A stretch of DNA of 64,000 nt from Hydrolagus colliei (lineage: Eukaryota), in contig CM068749.1 of assembly GCA_035084275.1 (NCBI GenBank), positions 16,182,001 to 16,246,000 on the forward strand, written 5' to 3'. This document shows, one piece after another, positions 38,203 to 51,900 of the stretch. The number at the start of each line of letters is the position of its first letter. The stretch's first letter is position 1. Made by a program: the position numbers and the translations under genes. The notes under the pieces are model-generated. The model did not search any database and was not told the origin of the DNA. It saw only the letters and a program-made list of their open reading frames with translations.

Positions 38203-38602
38203 ATAATAAATAATAAACCTTGCATTTTGATATAGCACTTTTCACGTCTTCTAGACCAGTGGTTCTCAACTTTTTTCAGTAATGTATACTCCTTGTTAAT
38301 TTACAGCATTATCGGGTAACTCACCCCACCATGCGCACCAGCCCCCCCCCCCCCCCCACCACCACCCCCATTCCACTTGCTTTTTATGACAAAGCTTTTC
38401 TTATATAACAAAATAACCAGCACATACAAAACGAGGGGAATAACAATTAAATATACAATTTGGAAGGCTATAAAATGCTGAATAAGAGAGCTAAATAAAT
38501 CAATGTAACGCCACCTGTACCCCCTGGAAGTAATTTTGTACCCCCTGGGGTACATGTACGACGTCTCAAAGTGCTTCATGGAATATACTGCAAAGTGAAT
38601 TT
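38203..38602 (-). repeat. SINE 3' fragment interrupted by a hAT-like MITE
   Basis: SINE tail at 38203-38256 resumes at 38560 (gacgtctcaaagtgcttca...aaagtgaatt). Confidence 0.8.
38257..38559. mobile_element. hAT/Charlie-like non-autonomous DNA transposon, right end deleted
   Basis: Starts with CAGTGGTTCTCAAC (hAT-type TIR) directly after TTCTAGAC, which fits the Charlie target preference NTCTAGAN; subterminal gtaccccctgg repeats. Confidence 0.7.
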
Positions 38603-40375
38603 CATAATTTTTTCTAATGTAATACTCCCACTGAACATATACTGTACATAGAAATATTTATTGATTTTAGGAATGATAATCATAAAGCCTTCAATTTTAG
38701 TTTACAGTAGAAAGTAGGAAGTAACAATTAATTTCAAGAACCAACAATAAGTACAGGAACATAATTTGGAGTGCAGACTTGTGTGTTTTGGTGAGCAGGG
38801 GAGTGGGGTGGGCATATGAAAATCATTATACTGTATTGTGTTTTCACTGGTTCGGGGTCTTTCTCTACTTGGACTGAGCACTATTTGAATGAATTTACAA
38901 AGAAGCTCCTTCGTTCCTCCAGCCTAAGATAGCTTGTGCATAGGTTCGCATTTGAAAATAATTTTAGCCACATTGTGAGGTGCACAAGGTGACCTATACA
39001 GGTTGATCTGTCCAGTATGAAGCTGTATATTCTGATGAATTAAAGCAAGAAAACACCCTTCTACTGCAACTCTATCAGGTTCAATCAGTTCCAATTAGAT
39101 CAGGTTTTCTTATCTATCCTATTGCCAGAAACATACCGAATAAGAATCTCATTTAGACCTATGATCTGTGGCACTGCGACAGTGTCAAAAAAATTGCTTT
39201 CCAGAAATAGAAGCAGATACAGCAGGATCTATAAACCCCAAACTGAAAACAAATTAGGTCATTAAAAAACCTTTAATTCTGGCATCAGGTATTAATTAAA
39301 TGAACATGTCAGATACTAGGCGACCAGACATAAAGAATAGAAATATGGATAGATTATATAATTATCAACCCCAGCCAACCTACTCTAATTAGTGGAATTG
39401 CAGTTACGCAAATGAGATACATGTGGGATAAGAAGAGGTGGCACCTTAAGGGATGTCCTAAAACCAATATGTCAAAACTAAAGTAATGACAAAATTTAGA
39501 TATGCATTATCTTAATCTTTAGAATGTGATGTTTAATTAGAAACTACATTCTGAGCACCCAACTTCTATTTATCCCTTAGGGTTTTACAGCAAAGAGCAA
39601 TTTCTTAGTACCATGGTAATATCTCATTGTGACCAGCACGCAATTTTAAAGAATGATAACTTTGCAAAGGATTATCAAATGCAGATAATTCTAAAAACAC
39701 TGCAAGTTCTCGGTATGTGAAGCAGGAATATGACTGTGCGGTGGTAAATGGTGACATATCACCTTTGTGAATCTTACCTTTTTTTAAAAAGAATTTAAAT
39801 TTTCAATTTGGAGTTGTTTGAAGTTTAAAACATGGAAACATCTAAAACACAGTCTGATAACAGGTCATTGCTGCATGGCTTGGGCAGCCCCAGATATCAT
39901 CAGGAGATGTATGGACTCCAGCCTGAAAAGCCTCAAGGGTGCACAATATTGTAGTATGTTTGAAGGAGAGAGTGGGCCTCTTGAACACATGGTCTCCAGC
40001 AGCTGTATACATTGATGTATTAAAAGAGCAATTGATTTACCTGGCAGTGGCAAGTCTTTGCTACCACTCAAGTCCACAAGAGTGACTGCAGCATACGCTC
40101 TCATGATCATGAGAAGTGCACTTTCACAAATGCACTGAAATATCTGGAATTGAATAACGAAGTATCAGAAGTATTGGCAGATCACGGAGCTCTCTACATC
40201 CCCTTCCTTAACAGCAATTCCATGCCAGACAACAGTCGGGTAAATTCATCAGCCAGAAAAAATAACTTATGCAGCATATGCAGCACTAAAGATAAACGTA
40301 AAAAGAGGACATGTTGCTACTATGTATTTGCATAGCAGATATGATTTGTGTAAGTTCACAGATATACTTTACATA

Positions 40376-40540
40376 TAATAATATTAATCCTTGCATTTGA
40401 TATAGCTTTTTATCACAACTTTGCAATGCTTCACAAATGCTCCACAGAATATACTGTACAGCAAATTTACTGTGTATTTAATGGGGGAAACACTGCAGCA
40501 AGTACACACAGCATTATCCCACAAAATACTGTAGGATTTT
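40376..40540 (-). repeat. Degraded 3' part of the same SINE family
   Basis: taatccttgcatttgatatagc...cacagaatatactgta. Confidence 0.7.
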
Positions 40541-42894
40541 TCATATGTGCCACAATGGCAACATGGGTTCAGTCACTCATCTCTGTGCACTGAAATCCCA
40601 CAGTGCAATTGTACTGCTCACGAAGCTCCTGTCAATTAAGCTCCATCTTGAGTTTCTGTAACATCAGTGAAGCAGCATGTGTCAAACAATTGGCACAGGA
40701 TAGGGATGATCCCAGTGGAGCTTGGAAACTTCCCGTGGCATGGAAATTTATAGCAGTGATAATCCTCACGACCACAAGGGAAATGATTCCAATGTTCCCA
40801 TGTGCCTGGAGGCTTTCCTTGAGCAAATGTGTGTACTCCACTCGATGTGAAAGGCGCGATACAAATGCAATTTTGTATTGTATTTTGTATTGTACTGTCA
40901 GTCACTCTCCAGTGCTCATTAACTCACTACCCATTTCTGATTTATTCCCCATCCTTGCTCATCCAAAATCCACCCCCCAACCACCCCAAAAAAAACTGGT
41001 TATTTATCTTATTTTTGTTGTATGTGGGTGGAACATTTCTGCATTTTCTTAGCAAATTGCATCACTCATTGTAATTCTTTTTGATAAGCATTTTGAGATA
41101 TTTTGATACAATAAGGCACTAGTATATTAAATGTAAGTGTTATTTATTATACAGGACGTATCCCAGCTCTGTGACAGCCTCCCCAAGTGAATTGTCTTCT
41201 GAGACACTGCTCTTCAGTCATTCTCAGGTAGCTCATTCTGTACTTCTAAACTCCTTCCTTTTTCACCATAAGTTTGGTGCGATACCCAGTCTCGCTGTTT
41301 GGAATCCATTCCATCTTAAATAAGAAGTGCAGACAATGTGAAACCAAATGACAAACAGTTCCCAGTAGAATTCAGTAACTATTAAGTCCCCGATACACAT
41401 TGGTTAGCATGAAATGAATGGTTATGGATATATGTTCTCATTAAGATCATCTCATTGAAAAACAGCCAGAAATTTTTATACACAGTATCTTTGTTATTTT
41501 CCTAAACGTCTGAACCTTTTGAAACACATTTGTTTCTCAATTCACTTGGGAAGGCTTTGATAAATTTGTGGTAGCACTAACTGAAGTGGTAAAGCCTTTC
41601 AGCACTGAAATCAAAAAGAAAGACTTACAGAAAACAGGTAGAGATACCAGGAACAATTACTTGCTCTGCTTACTTGCCATTAGTTGCTATTTGCTGCAGG
41701 CTTTTGAACCCAGGGTCAGAACTGGAGCAAATAACCGAGTGTTCGATTAATCTTGCCAGCTGCACAGATTTGCCAGCCTTCAACAAGGCCTTAACAAGCT
41801 CAATTGGCTTCTTTAAATAAGTGTGTTTTGTTTGTAAATGATTGGCTCAACAGCATTTGTTGACTATGGCAACAAATATGTCTCTGATTATGAATGATTC
41901 TGCTCACTCATTTATTTAATTCTATGGTTTACTAACAATAAGGAACTGAACACCCACAGGTTTCTGAGTGCCATTTTCTAATTGGAGGCATCCTTGTTGC
42001 AGCTATGAAGCAATCACTCTATGTTTGGTGTTCCCTAAGTGTGAAAGAGCATTCACTCAGCTTCAGAGCTCTTGTTCTACCAGGAAATGTAGGTAAGAAA
42101 CCTGTGAAGTGTTTGGGCAGTGCACTGGCAAAAGCACTCAGGGTTTGAAGATTTGTTTTGCTTTAAATGGAGATAATTATTCCATATATATTTGTGCTGA
42201 ACCATATGCATTTATTCATTAAGACATTGAAGGGACGTTAATTCATGAAGCTGTATTTTTATGGCCATTGCAGTCTGGTGTTTCTCATTGCGTATTTCGA
42301 CACTTGTATTTCTTGGCCTAATTTGTACTTTATTTTCTTAACACATTTTCACAATGTTAGTGTAGCAGTGATTTCTTCCAGGAAATTACAATGATATTTG
42401 TTTTTCAAAGGGGATTAAATACAACACTCTCAATTCTCTGGTTCATCCCAGCAGCTTAATTTACTGTAGGGATTTACAACCACACTTGCATTTCCCACAG
42501 GGATTCATTCTTGCTTCTAGCAGAGCTTCACTGAAGCACTCCCTTCTTCTCACATGTTTTTCTGTTGTTGTTTTTGTAAAAATTCACTGCAGCACACATT
42601 TTGTCAAAGGATTTGCTGCAGCCAATCTGAGCAATTCATTGTCATTCTCTCTTTGCTTATGAGGATTCACTGTAGAGGAATCAAGTCTCTTTGCTGGCTT
42701 TTGCCCTTTGGTGCTTAATTTAAATGCAATTCCTGCAACATTCGGATGCAGATTTTGTTGCAATATAGTTATTCTTTTAATATTTCCCTGAGTGTTTGAA
42801 TTTCCCATCATAGCATTGTTGTTTCTTATTCACTCTGCCTGCAGCTTTATCCCCACCTTTTCTAACGTCAACGACTCCTGCTTTAGCACAGATT

Positions 42895-43068
42895 CAGATA
42901 GTGCAGTTGCATTCAAGAGGAAGCTAGTACAGTACTTCATATGAGGAAGAAAGGAATAGAAATGTATGGGAGGGATTAAGGAATGGGTGAAGACTTGTGT
43001 TCAGTATAAACACAGACATGGACTAGTTGGGCTGAAAGGCCTGCATCCATTCCGTACATTATTTGTAG
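42895..43068 (+). mobile_element. CR1-type LINE 3' end fragment
   Basis: gcattcaagaggaagctag...ataaacacagacatggactagttgggctgaaaggcctg, a typical CR1 3'UTR pattern. Confidence 0.6.
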
Positions 43069-43859
43069 ATCCACAAGGACAGACATGTTAAGAGTGTCTT
43101 GTCTAAGCTTCATAGTTAATATAAGTAGAATGTTTACATTTAAAATTATTTAAATGTTTTTAATTATTTAAATGTTGCACCTGAAGCTCCAAACAATCTC
43201 ATTTTTGACCCATAGCAACAGATGAACTTGCAATAGGGGTCACGGAATATATGTATGTGGAACTGAAACACTGTGTGATTTATTTTCTCCTTCTTGCTAT
43301 TCTTCACATCAGGTAACTCTCTAGACATCAGGGATCACACCTGGAACCTTTATGGCTTTGTATCATGTTAGCTGATGATTTGCCCATTTAGCCATCGGAG
43401 ACGTTTCTTGCAGATTTGCTATTATCTATTTTGCAATTGGGATTTACTATGGTGCTGCTTTCTCTATGGGGTTCAGAGCAGTGCAATTGTTTCTTGATGT
43501 AATTCTCTGTAATAATCTCATTTTTCACAGAGATTTGCCATTAGTGCTATTATGTTCTTGAACTCCATTCTCACAGACTTCCAGCCGTGCTCTCTTTTCT
43601 AGTACTGAAATGCCCTGGATTTAGTTCCTATAGATTATCAGCGGTGCACCAGATCTTTTATCAGAGTGTCTGTCAGTTCTTGCAGTATTTGCCATGAGCA
43701 TTTTGCTTCTTGCTGGGGGGTATTTCCTTATTGCTTCACTGGGATTCATTCAATGCTTAGTAATGATGTACGGAACACAGGACACAGATTTTTGAAGATG
43801 TCTAACCTAATTGAACATCCTGCCAATTTAGCCAAGCTACAAACCTAATCTTATCAACA

Positions 43860-44085
43860 CCAAAATTATCTTGGTCCAAAAATGTCTTTGTGTCAGCCTA
43901 TAATAGCATTTTGTCTTAAAAATCCAAAGTTGCACAGAATTGGGGATCGTTCTTAAAATCAGTCTTAATTTGGAAGGTATTTTTTTAATGTAGGAGAAAG
44001 CTTCCAAATAAAGATTAAAGAATTTTCCGTAATTCTGTGTCATCTTTAAGACAAAATAGTCTTGCAGGCCAAGACTAAGAGAAAA
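43860..44085. repeat. Imperfect long inverted repeat (MITE-like palindrome)
   Basis: ATTTTGTCTTAAA 43908-43920 pairs with TTTAAGACAAAAT 44045-44057; CACAGAATT 43933-43941 with AATTCTGTG 44031-44039; atttggaag with cttccaaat. Confidence 0.65.
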
Positions 44086-44764
44086 AAATCTTGGCCTCGG
44101 GTCTTGGACATGCTGTTCAGAATTAATCTTAAAATTGTTACAATATTTAAATGTAGACCTCAACTGGGACATGATATTATACAAGAGAGAAGTGCTCTCA
44201 TGATTAAAATAGATGAATGTCCTCCCACAGTAATTACAGCACTAATTTTGTAGGCTGGATTGCCTTGGTTTTGGTGCTAAAGCTATTGTAATGGTAACTA
44301 CATGTAATTATCATGTTACCTCTGAACTGTCACAACACTATTTCCTGCTTTTTTTTTGTTCTTCCATGGTTAATTCATTGGTGATAAGTTAAGCCCTCCA
44401 GCAAAAGCATAGTCCCAGTAATTGGTTCAAGCGTCTTAAATTGCTACAAGTGAGGCCCCATAAATTAAAATTACATAAAATGTGATCTTTACCAAAGAAT
44501 TTCAAGAAGATGTGGCGTACAGAGCAGGAAATTATCCTGATTATGGAGCTTATTATGCTGAGGGTAAACCCCCTAAACCTCAGTGAATGTAGAGTCATAA
44601 GGAATTTAGTGAGAATATCAACATGGTCTCTTGCAGTAAAATAATCTTTCTAATGCCCAGGAAAGTTATTTTCATTTGGATTGATGAAGCCCATCAACGG
44701 CCATTGTCATGCAGCAATCCAGTTCCATTTTTGATGTGTAGAAAGACTCAAGAGATCACCTTAC

Positions 44765-45056
44765 TAATCCTTGTGTTTGATATAGTGCCTTTCACATCTT
44801 CTGGATGCTTCACAGAACATACTGCAGAGTGAATTAACTGTACATTTTGTGGGTGACACAAGACAGCCAATTGCGCAAAAATGTCCTTTAAACATTTGTG
44901 GATAGAGTGACCAAATTTTGATTGTCATTTTTTCTTGCGGGATTATCATCAAGTGTATGGAGTAAGAAAACTTGCCTAAGGTTTTGCCCTGCGGGAATTA
45001 AACCGAGGTCTCTCACATACAAGGCAAGTACTCTAATCACTGAACTACGGGACTTC
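44765..45056 (-). mobile_element. Second near full-length copy of the same tRNA-derived SINE
   Basis: Reverse complement gives gtcccgtagttcagtgattagagtacttgccttg...cagggcaaaaccttaggcaagttttcttactcc (same head as 24143-24243) plus the same tail. Confidence 0.85.
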
Positions 45057-47889
45057 GTGGTTGGTTTAATACTGCTTTCAACTTCTAGCCTACTGAAAAA
45101 AAATCTAAATCTATTTGAATATCCTGTAAACATGATCGGCTTGGTGGAAGAAACACAACTGGATTCAAAAACATTACAATGCTTCCTCCATTGATTTCAT
45201 TAAATGTAACAATTCTGGCAGTGCATTTGCCTTAACGTACCATTTGGCACGAAGCTAATTGATGTCCAATCGCTCTTCTGCCTTGCCAGTGAATCCACTT
45301 CCATTGAGGATCTTGAAATGCAGAAATCAGCCCGAGTACCTGCTCCTGATCATTATTTCTTAGTCGTAGCCTATAACACCAATTTATCTTAAAATCTTAA
45401 AACCTTTGTTGGAAGATGAATGTTGGGTGAGTGCATAGTCAAATCTGCCTGTAATTCTTCCTGAGGACACATACCTTGCCAACAGGCACTCCCCATAAGT
45501 TTACATGTGAATAATGTCTAAGAGGGCAACTGGAACCGTAGGAGTAAATAATGAGTTGAATGTCTACAGGAAAGTGAAACAAATTGGAGGAGAACAATTG
45601 TATTGTCTCTATTACTCTTCGATCATACTGTTTTGACAGAATAATTATTGAATACACATCCTCATTTATTGGAAACGTTAGTGTGCAAAGTTAATGAATT
45701 GATTAAGACCATTGGATCCCAAGTTCAGGTTGGAGCTTATGTGTGTTACTCGATCCTACTAACACTTTAGATGTGATATTGGATAGATTGTAATTAAGCT
45801 AAACTATGCTATACAGGTCAAATAATATAGTCAGCCTGGCTCTGGATTGCTGAAGGGTACAAAATTATTTCTTGCAAAGCTTTGGATTCTGATAAGGAAA
45901 TGTGTCATTATACAAAATTCTCATAATTTGAAAATGATTGTGTTAACTATGTTTCCAAGTTCATGTTTACCTCCCTCCTGTTTTGATGACCTGGTGATGG
46001 CGTAGGATCAATTCTTGAAGGGAATCATGACATTACAGCTGCAAGCAGTTTGTTGCAGATGTGTACTACACTTCTCATTTCACCTTGACTCCTGGTGCTG
46101 GATCATATCTAGCAGGAATTCTCACTTGATTCTTGTTGTTCGCAAGAATTTGCTCGATGGCTCTTCCTTCTTCTGTGAAGTGCGGCAATATTTCTTTATT
46201 GGTTTAGCCACACTCTTTTTTCCAGTGTTTTATGTTATCAGAGCAGTCTTGCTCAATTATTCTCTACAATGTTCTCTTCTTACGGTGATTGCTATGTTAC
46301 TCCTCTCACTGGAATTGACCAATTCAGTCCGTTTTTTTTTCTTTGGAGATCCCCTGTGACTTATTGGAATTCTATTGCCTTTTGAAAGTATTCACTTAAA
46401 TTGACTGAATTGCCAACATAGTTAGTTGAGATTGACAATTGCCGCTTAGTTGGGGAGTTTCAAAATGTTTGCTCTCCCACTCTCCTAACAGCTTACTTGC
46501 TGACTTTGCTCAATATAATGGACTTTTTCTTTGTTTAAATGGGCACAGGAATCAACTATAATAATCTCTGACTGAATTGATTGTCTTTCAGCAACTTCCC
46601 CCACCCACCCCACAAGTATTGACTACATTGGTTTTGTTTTACCAAACCATTTCTTTAGCTGTACTCTGTCAGTTTGGGGGCCCGTTTATACTGCAGCAGT
46701 TTCCTTATACTGTAACTGTTTGGACTATTTCTTTGTTGGGTTTTCACAAACACTCTTATTGTTGGAATTCATCACGCTTTCTTTACTCCCAGGGGTGACT
46801 ATAATTTCTCAGAGGGATGCCACATTACACTCTTGTATCTCTCAGGAATTTGCGATGCTACTCGTGTTTCCTGCCCTGATTTTCCCAAGTGTTTGCCAAT
46901 TATTGGTTGCTGGAGTTCATCACCAAAGTCTTGTTTTCTGCACAAATGTATTCTGGCAGTTGCTTTCCTATCTGTCGTTTCCCACAATGATATCTCTTCA
47001 CATGCAATTCCAGTTACAATCACATCTGTAGCAAGCTTTCATTTTCATGGTTTTCTGTCTGTCATGCGCTTGCCTTGATGTCCTTATGTCATGCATTAAA
47101 ATAATTGTAATGCTATTACTATTCATCTGAGTTGATCAACTGCTGTTTATATAGCTCTTTATCTCTCCCATTCTCTAAGACAATATGTATTTTTCTCAAG
47201 ATTTCTAACTTGAATCTTCAACGGTCAGGAAGAAAATCACTTAGTTAAAGCAGTCAATGTTGGAATGCACAACAAAATATTCCAGGTAACATTTTTCACA
47301 AAGAGTGAACCTGAAATGCTTATACTACCAAATTGGATTCATTTTGAAATATACAAACAAGATCAAAGAGGACATAGATCCCTAATAGTACATAGTTATT
47401 CTGCTTTCCCATGAGCAGCTGGATAGGTAATGTAACGTATAATTGTGCATTTTTCCCCCTCCAAATTTATTTTTTATTTTCTTGGATATGTTTGTGTGTA
47501 CATGTAGAGAGGACAATATATTGGAGGATATCCTATGATTGTTAAAACATGAACTGCCTGACTGTGGACTAATTCTGAATGAATGCACTCACATCCCATG
47601 TGCTAAAAATAAAAGCCTTTGTATTACAGATGCATTTATTTTCTCTCCACTGTGGGCATCTGCGTCTGAGCCCACTTTGATGCCTACTTATCCCTTTTGG
47701 CTCATTTTCCCATGCACTTCTGTTCAGCTTTGCTCCCTGAATTGTCCATTCCTACATAATGTTCCTCCGACTTATTCATAAGCAGAAATCTTGCCAATGT
47801 GGCAGTAGTGTGACAGAAAATATAATGTATTTCATCTAGATGGTGATGGGGGAGGATGGAGAGAAATCCAGCTCAGGTGCAAACCCTCT

Positions 47890-47952
47890 TCTGTCCAGTG
47901 CCTTGGGATATCCTCCCATCATGAAAGGAGCTATATAAATGCAACTTGTTGC
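47890..47952 (+). repeat. L2 or L2-dependent SINE 3' tail; similar tails on the minus strand at ~24990-25052, ~57030-57080 and ~58320-58380
   Basis: gtccagtgccttgggatatcctccc...gaaaggagctatataaatgcaacttgttg. Confidence 0.6.
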
Positions 47953-48811
47953 AGTAGTTATTTTGGGCCAGTGATTGAGGAGAGCATCCACACTTTGATT
48001 TTTTTTCTAGAATGCCCAGCAAAATGCTCCTCATTATCTGTCTTCTGTTTTATGTTACTTTGAGAAAACGTAGTTTCAAAACTCAGAACCATAAATAATG
48101 ACAAGCCATTCCTTGCATCCCACTTACCATCTGGGATTGATGTGGAGAGGCACACGTATCTTTGTTTACAATGTTTTCCATGATTTAATGTCATTACACC
48201 ATTTTCTTGCAAACCTTTTTTAAAAAAAAGGTTCTCATGTTTTCCATCAAGCTTTTATTTGTGTTTTCTTTATAATGTGATTTTTTAGATAGGAATGCAT
48301 GACCTTCGGAAGTAATGTCATTTACCACAAGTGCATTCTGTGGCAATCTGTAGAGGATGTACAGATTAAATGGTATTCCAAGGAAAACAAACAAATTTAT
48401 CTTAGTCGATGGGCTAAATCTCTTTATTTTATTGTTTACATTTCCTGCAGAAGAAATGCAGATGTTATGAATGCTTTAATACATGGTGAAGATTCTAGGA
48501 TGATATGAACTATGCCCAGTTAATGATGGGCTTTTATAACAATGGTATTCAAGAGACAAAGCAGTGTGACTGTGCACCAGGGCACCAAACCAATCTTTCA
48601 TGCTGAGTTTTCCATTTCATTTTGTGCTTTGGTCAGTAGCTAATCAGACAAGCCAATAATTGGGAAGAGTGTCATACCTTTACTGCCTTTCCACTCATCT
48701 CTGATCAACTGTCTTCATAGCTTCATAAGAGGTCAAGTGGAAGCTTGGTGTGTAGTTTAAAAAGAGTTGGGACTTTTTTTTTAAAACCCAATCCAATAAA
48801 ATGTTCAAAAC

Positions 48812-48935
48812 AATAATCCTAGCATTTGATATTCCACCTTACCACATGCCTTAAAGCACTTTATGTAATTTCACTGTAAAGTGTAGTGACTGTATACTTG
48901 TAAGTGAGCATGGCAGCCAATGTGCTCACAGCAAC
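48812..48935 (-). repeat. Older SINE 3' fragment, same or related family
   Basis: aataatcctagcatttgatat...aaagcacttt...gtgactgtata...ggcagccaat. Confidence 0.55.
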
Positions 48936-51900
48936 CATGAAGCGATTGATCAATTTTATCTGGAAAAATTGTTGGCCAGGAGACTGGGAACAATTCTCTT
49001 TATGCATTTTAAAAGAATTTCATTATAAATTGAAACTGCTCATTTCAACATTTGTTGATAAGGCCGCAACTGGAACCTCGTGGACTATTTTAGGAATTAT
49101 ACCCACAACATTTTTTTCTAGTTTATAGGGATAATTATGAGAATAATGTCATGAGAAAATGGCTCATGGAAAACAAAACCTGTTTTTCACTAGGGAAAAG
49201 TTAATGCAAGTCTTTGAGATATTCAAGGGTACAATTTTTAAGATAATTTAAATGTCTATCTGATTGTCGAATCACAAAACCGGAGGATAAATTATAAACA
49301 TTATGCACTACAACTAAGACTATAAATTGAATGAAATTGTTTCTCTCACACCTGCAGGAATTGACATAAATCAAATCAGTTAAAACTATATCAAAATCAA
49401 TTAAATGCAATGGTAATCTAAATATGAATTAGATAACTGACTCATGATGGAATCCAAGATACACAAATACTCCCAGATACTTCTAGCCCTGCTCAACCAA
49501 AGGAAATGTTATCCGTGGTATAGAAATGATTGTTGTTGTTGTTCCCAGTTGACTAATGTTAAACTGATCTCCTGGAGGTTTAATTTGATTTCTTCAAAGC
49601 TCAGCAATTTCTGATTTTTGTCTCATTGGAAACTTGACTGTGGCTATCTAACTGCCTCATCAATAGATTGAGGAAAGTCTATAATGGGTCAAACTGTAAA
49701 TTGGCTGTTTGAAGACATGTTTTTTTGTTGGCTAAATGACTTTTGTTTTTCATCTATTCTTAAATCTGAAATTCATGGCATTGCAAAAGGAAATGTATAT
49801 TTATACTTTGCAGATATTTATTTATCTGTAAATGTACAGTTATAATATCATTGCACACTGTAAGGAATTGCACATCACAGCATATTAATGTGTTGTGAAT
49901 GGGATGTAGTTTGTGATGGTTTATTGATGACCTGTTTATTTATTGTGTTTACTGAGGAACGGAACTTTGTTGGACATTTTTGTACTTGCTACTTATTCCT
50001 CACTACAGAAAGTCTTTGTGACGGTTCTTTGGTTGGTTAGGTGCCTGGGGAGCGCTGCTGGTGTGATTGAGGCATTTTGTGTACATTAAAACTGCTTGAA
50101 AAATCTGGTCAGCATCCTGGCTTGATACGATTGCCGGTATTGGGCCAGAAATGGTGAACAAATTGACCTTACCGAGTGAAATAATTTACACAGTGGACCA
50201 TGTACCGTGCAAGTAACAAAATGCATGTGCCAGAGCTCCTTTGTTAGCTCTGCATACATTTGTTTCCATCACCACTGTGGGTTGTATGGGCAATGCTCAG
50301 GCTGTCGAGAGATGATTTACTACAAGTAAAAGTCAATTCTAAATCAGTGGCATGGGAAATTTAATTTAGCAGTAGAATATGTCAGGTTTGCAGGTATGTT
50401 TGGTACAGCAGCAATGGAATTTGATTAAATATGAATGCATCTTTCTTTGACCCAATGCATAAGTTTCAGCTATGGAGACAGTAGAAGGACAGAACTTGAT
50501 CCATTAATCCAGTGATTTAACACAGGAAAGTGGCGAGTTGAAAGCCTGAACCAAATCTTGTTCATAAAAACATAAAGCCAGGAAGAAATGAGCAGTAAGA
50601 GACAAGCCTCCCCATGGACTAGTATAATTGTAACATGTTTGTCTGTCACCCTTTATTCATCTACATTTTTGTTAAATGATAGTCCCTATAGTGCACTGTA
50701 AATTTAAGACATTTATTGAAAGATAAAGTGGGCGTCATCCATGTTTGGCCAATATAACTGAAATGCTTTTCATATCCATGCCCAGGTCTCTGCCCTCTAT
50801 TGTATAACTACTCTTCTTCGAGACTATTCTTTGTGGTACTACTGCATGTCATATATGGAAAATGTTACCTTGAGACTCATTATACCCACTTGACAGACTT
50901 ACTAACAACCCCCATGAGGCCTTCAAACCCAATGTGCCACACAACACTTCCTCGTACTTCGAACATTGACAACAGACAAACGCCCAATCATAACCTACAC
51001 TTCCCTCATGAGACTCTGCAGCACCACAAAACACACAGGTGACAGATTTAAAAGTAAAATATACACTTCTCACGAAGGAACACCGATGAAGGTGATGAAA
51101 TTCCCCATTAACCAGATTTAAGATGTATTTAAGAAATCCCAGAACAAAATGTCTTCAGCACACAAAAAAAAGATATGTGCTCTCTCCTGAATTTAAAAAC
51201 GAACCATACTGCCGCAATTGTGATGTGCTTCCTCAGAGAGAAAATACAAAGTAATGCAATCAACAGGTGTGGATTTGGAATTACAATTCTCTCAATAAAC
51301 CAATATAAAGTTTAATTTTTTTTTTTTAAAAGGGTTTAGAAAGCCTGGCAGAAAAAGAGGAAGACAATGGAGGCAGCAAATGAAAGATCTCCTTGGATAC
51401 AAGAGCTGAGTTGGGGCCAGAAATAAATACATCTTTTAATTTCTTTTAATAAGCATTTGTCACTACTTTCTAACCCATTCAGTCTAGTCAAAGTAGAATC
51501 AAGTATCACTTGAGTATTGCTCCATTGGCATTGTTTTCTCTGTCTCTCTCTTTTCCCTTCTGCCATGTACATCACCACAGACATCATTCACACAATGCAT
51601 GTTAGGACAAAGTCAAATACTAAGGATGAATCGTGGGCGGTTGATGCTTCCCCAGACAGGAAACTGAAGGGAAAGAAAAATATGAAACTAATGCAACATT
51701 TTCAAACATTGTGTGTGTGGGTGGCAGGGGGGATTTAAATCATAGGGAAAAGACAGAAGGATTTCAGGAGACAATAAGAGGAAATGCAAGCTATTGAATG
51801 CATAATACTACCTGATGCATTTGTTTCTCAGATGAGCTATTTCCCACTCGGAAAGTAAGCCTTTAACCCCATCAATGTCGAGCTTTATTGTGAATGTTCT

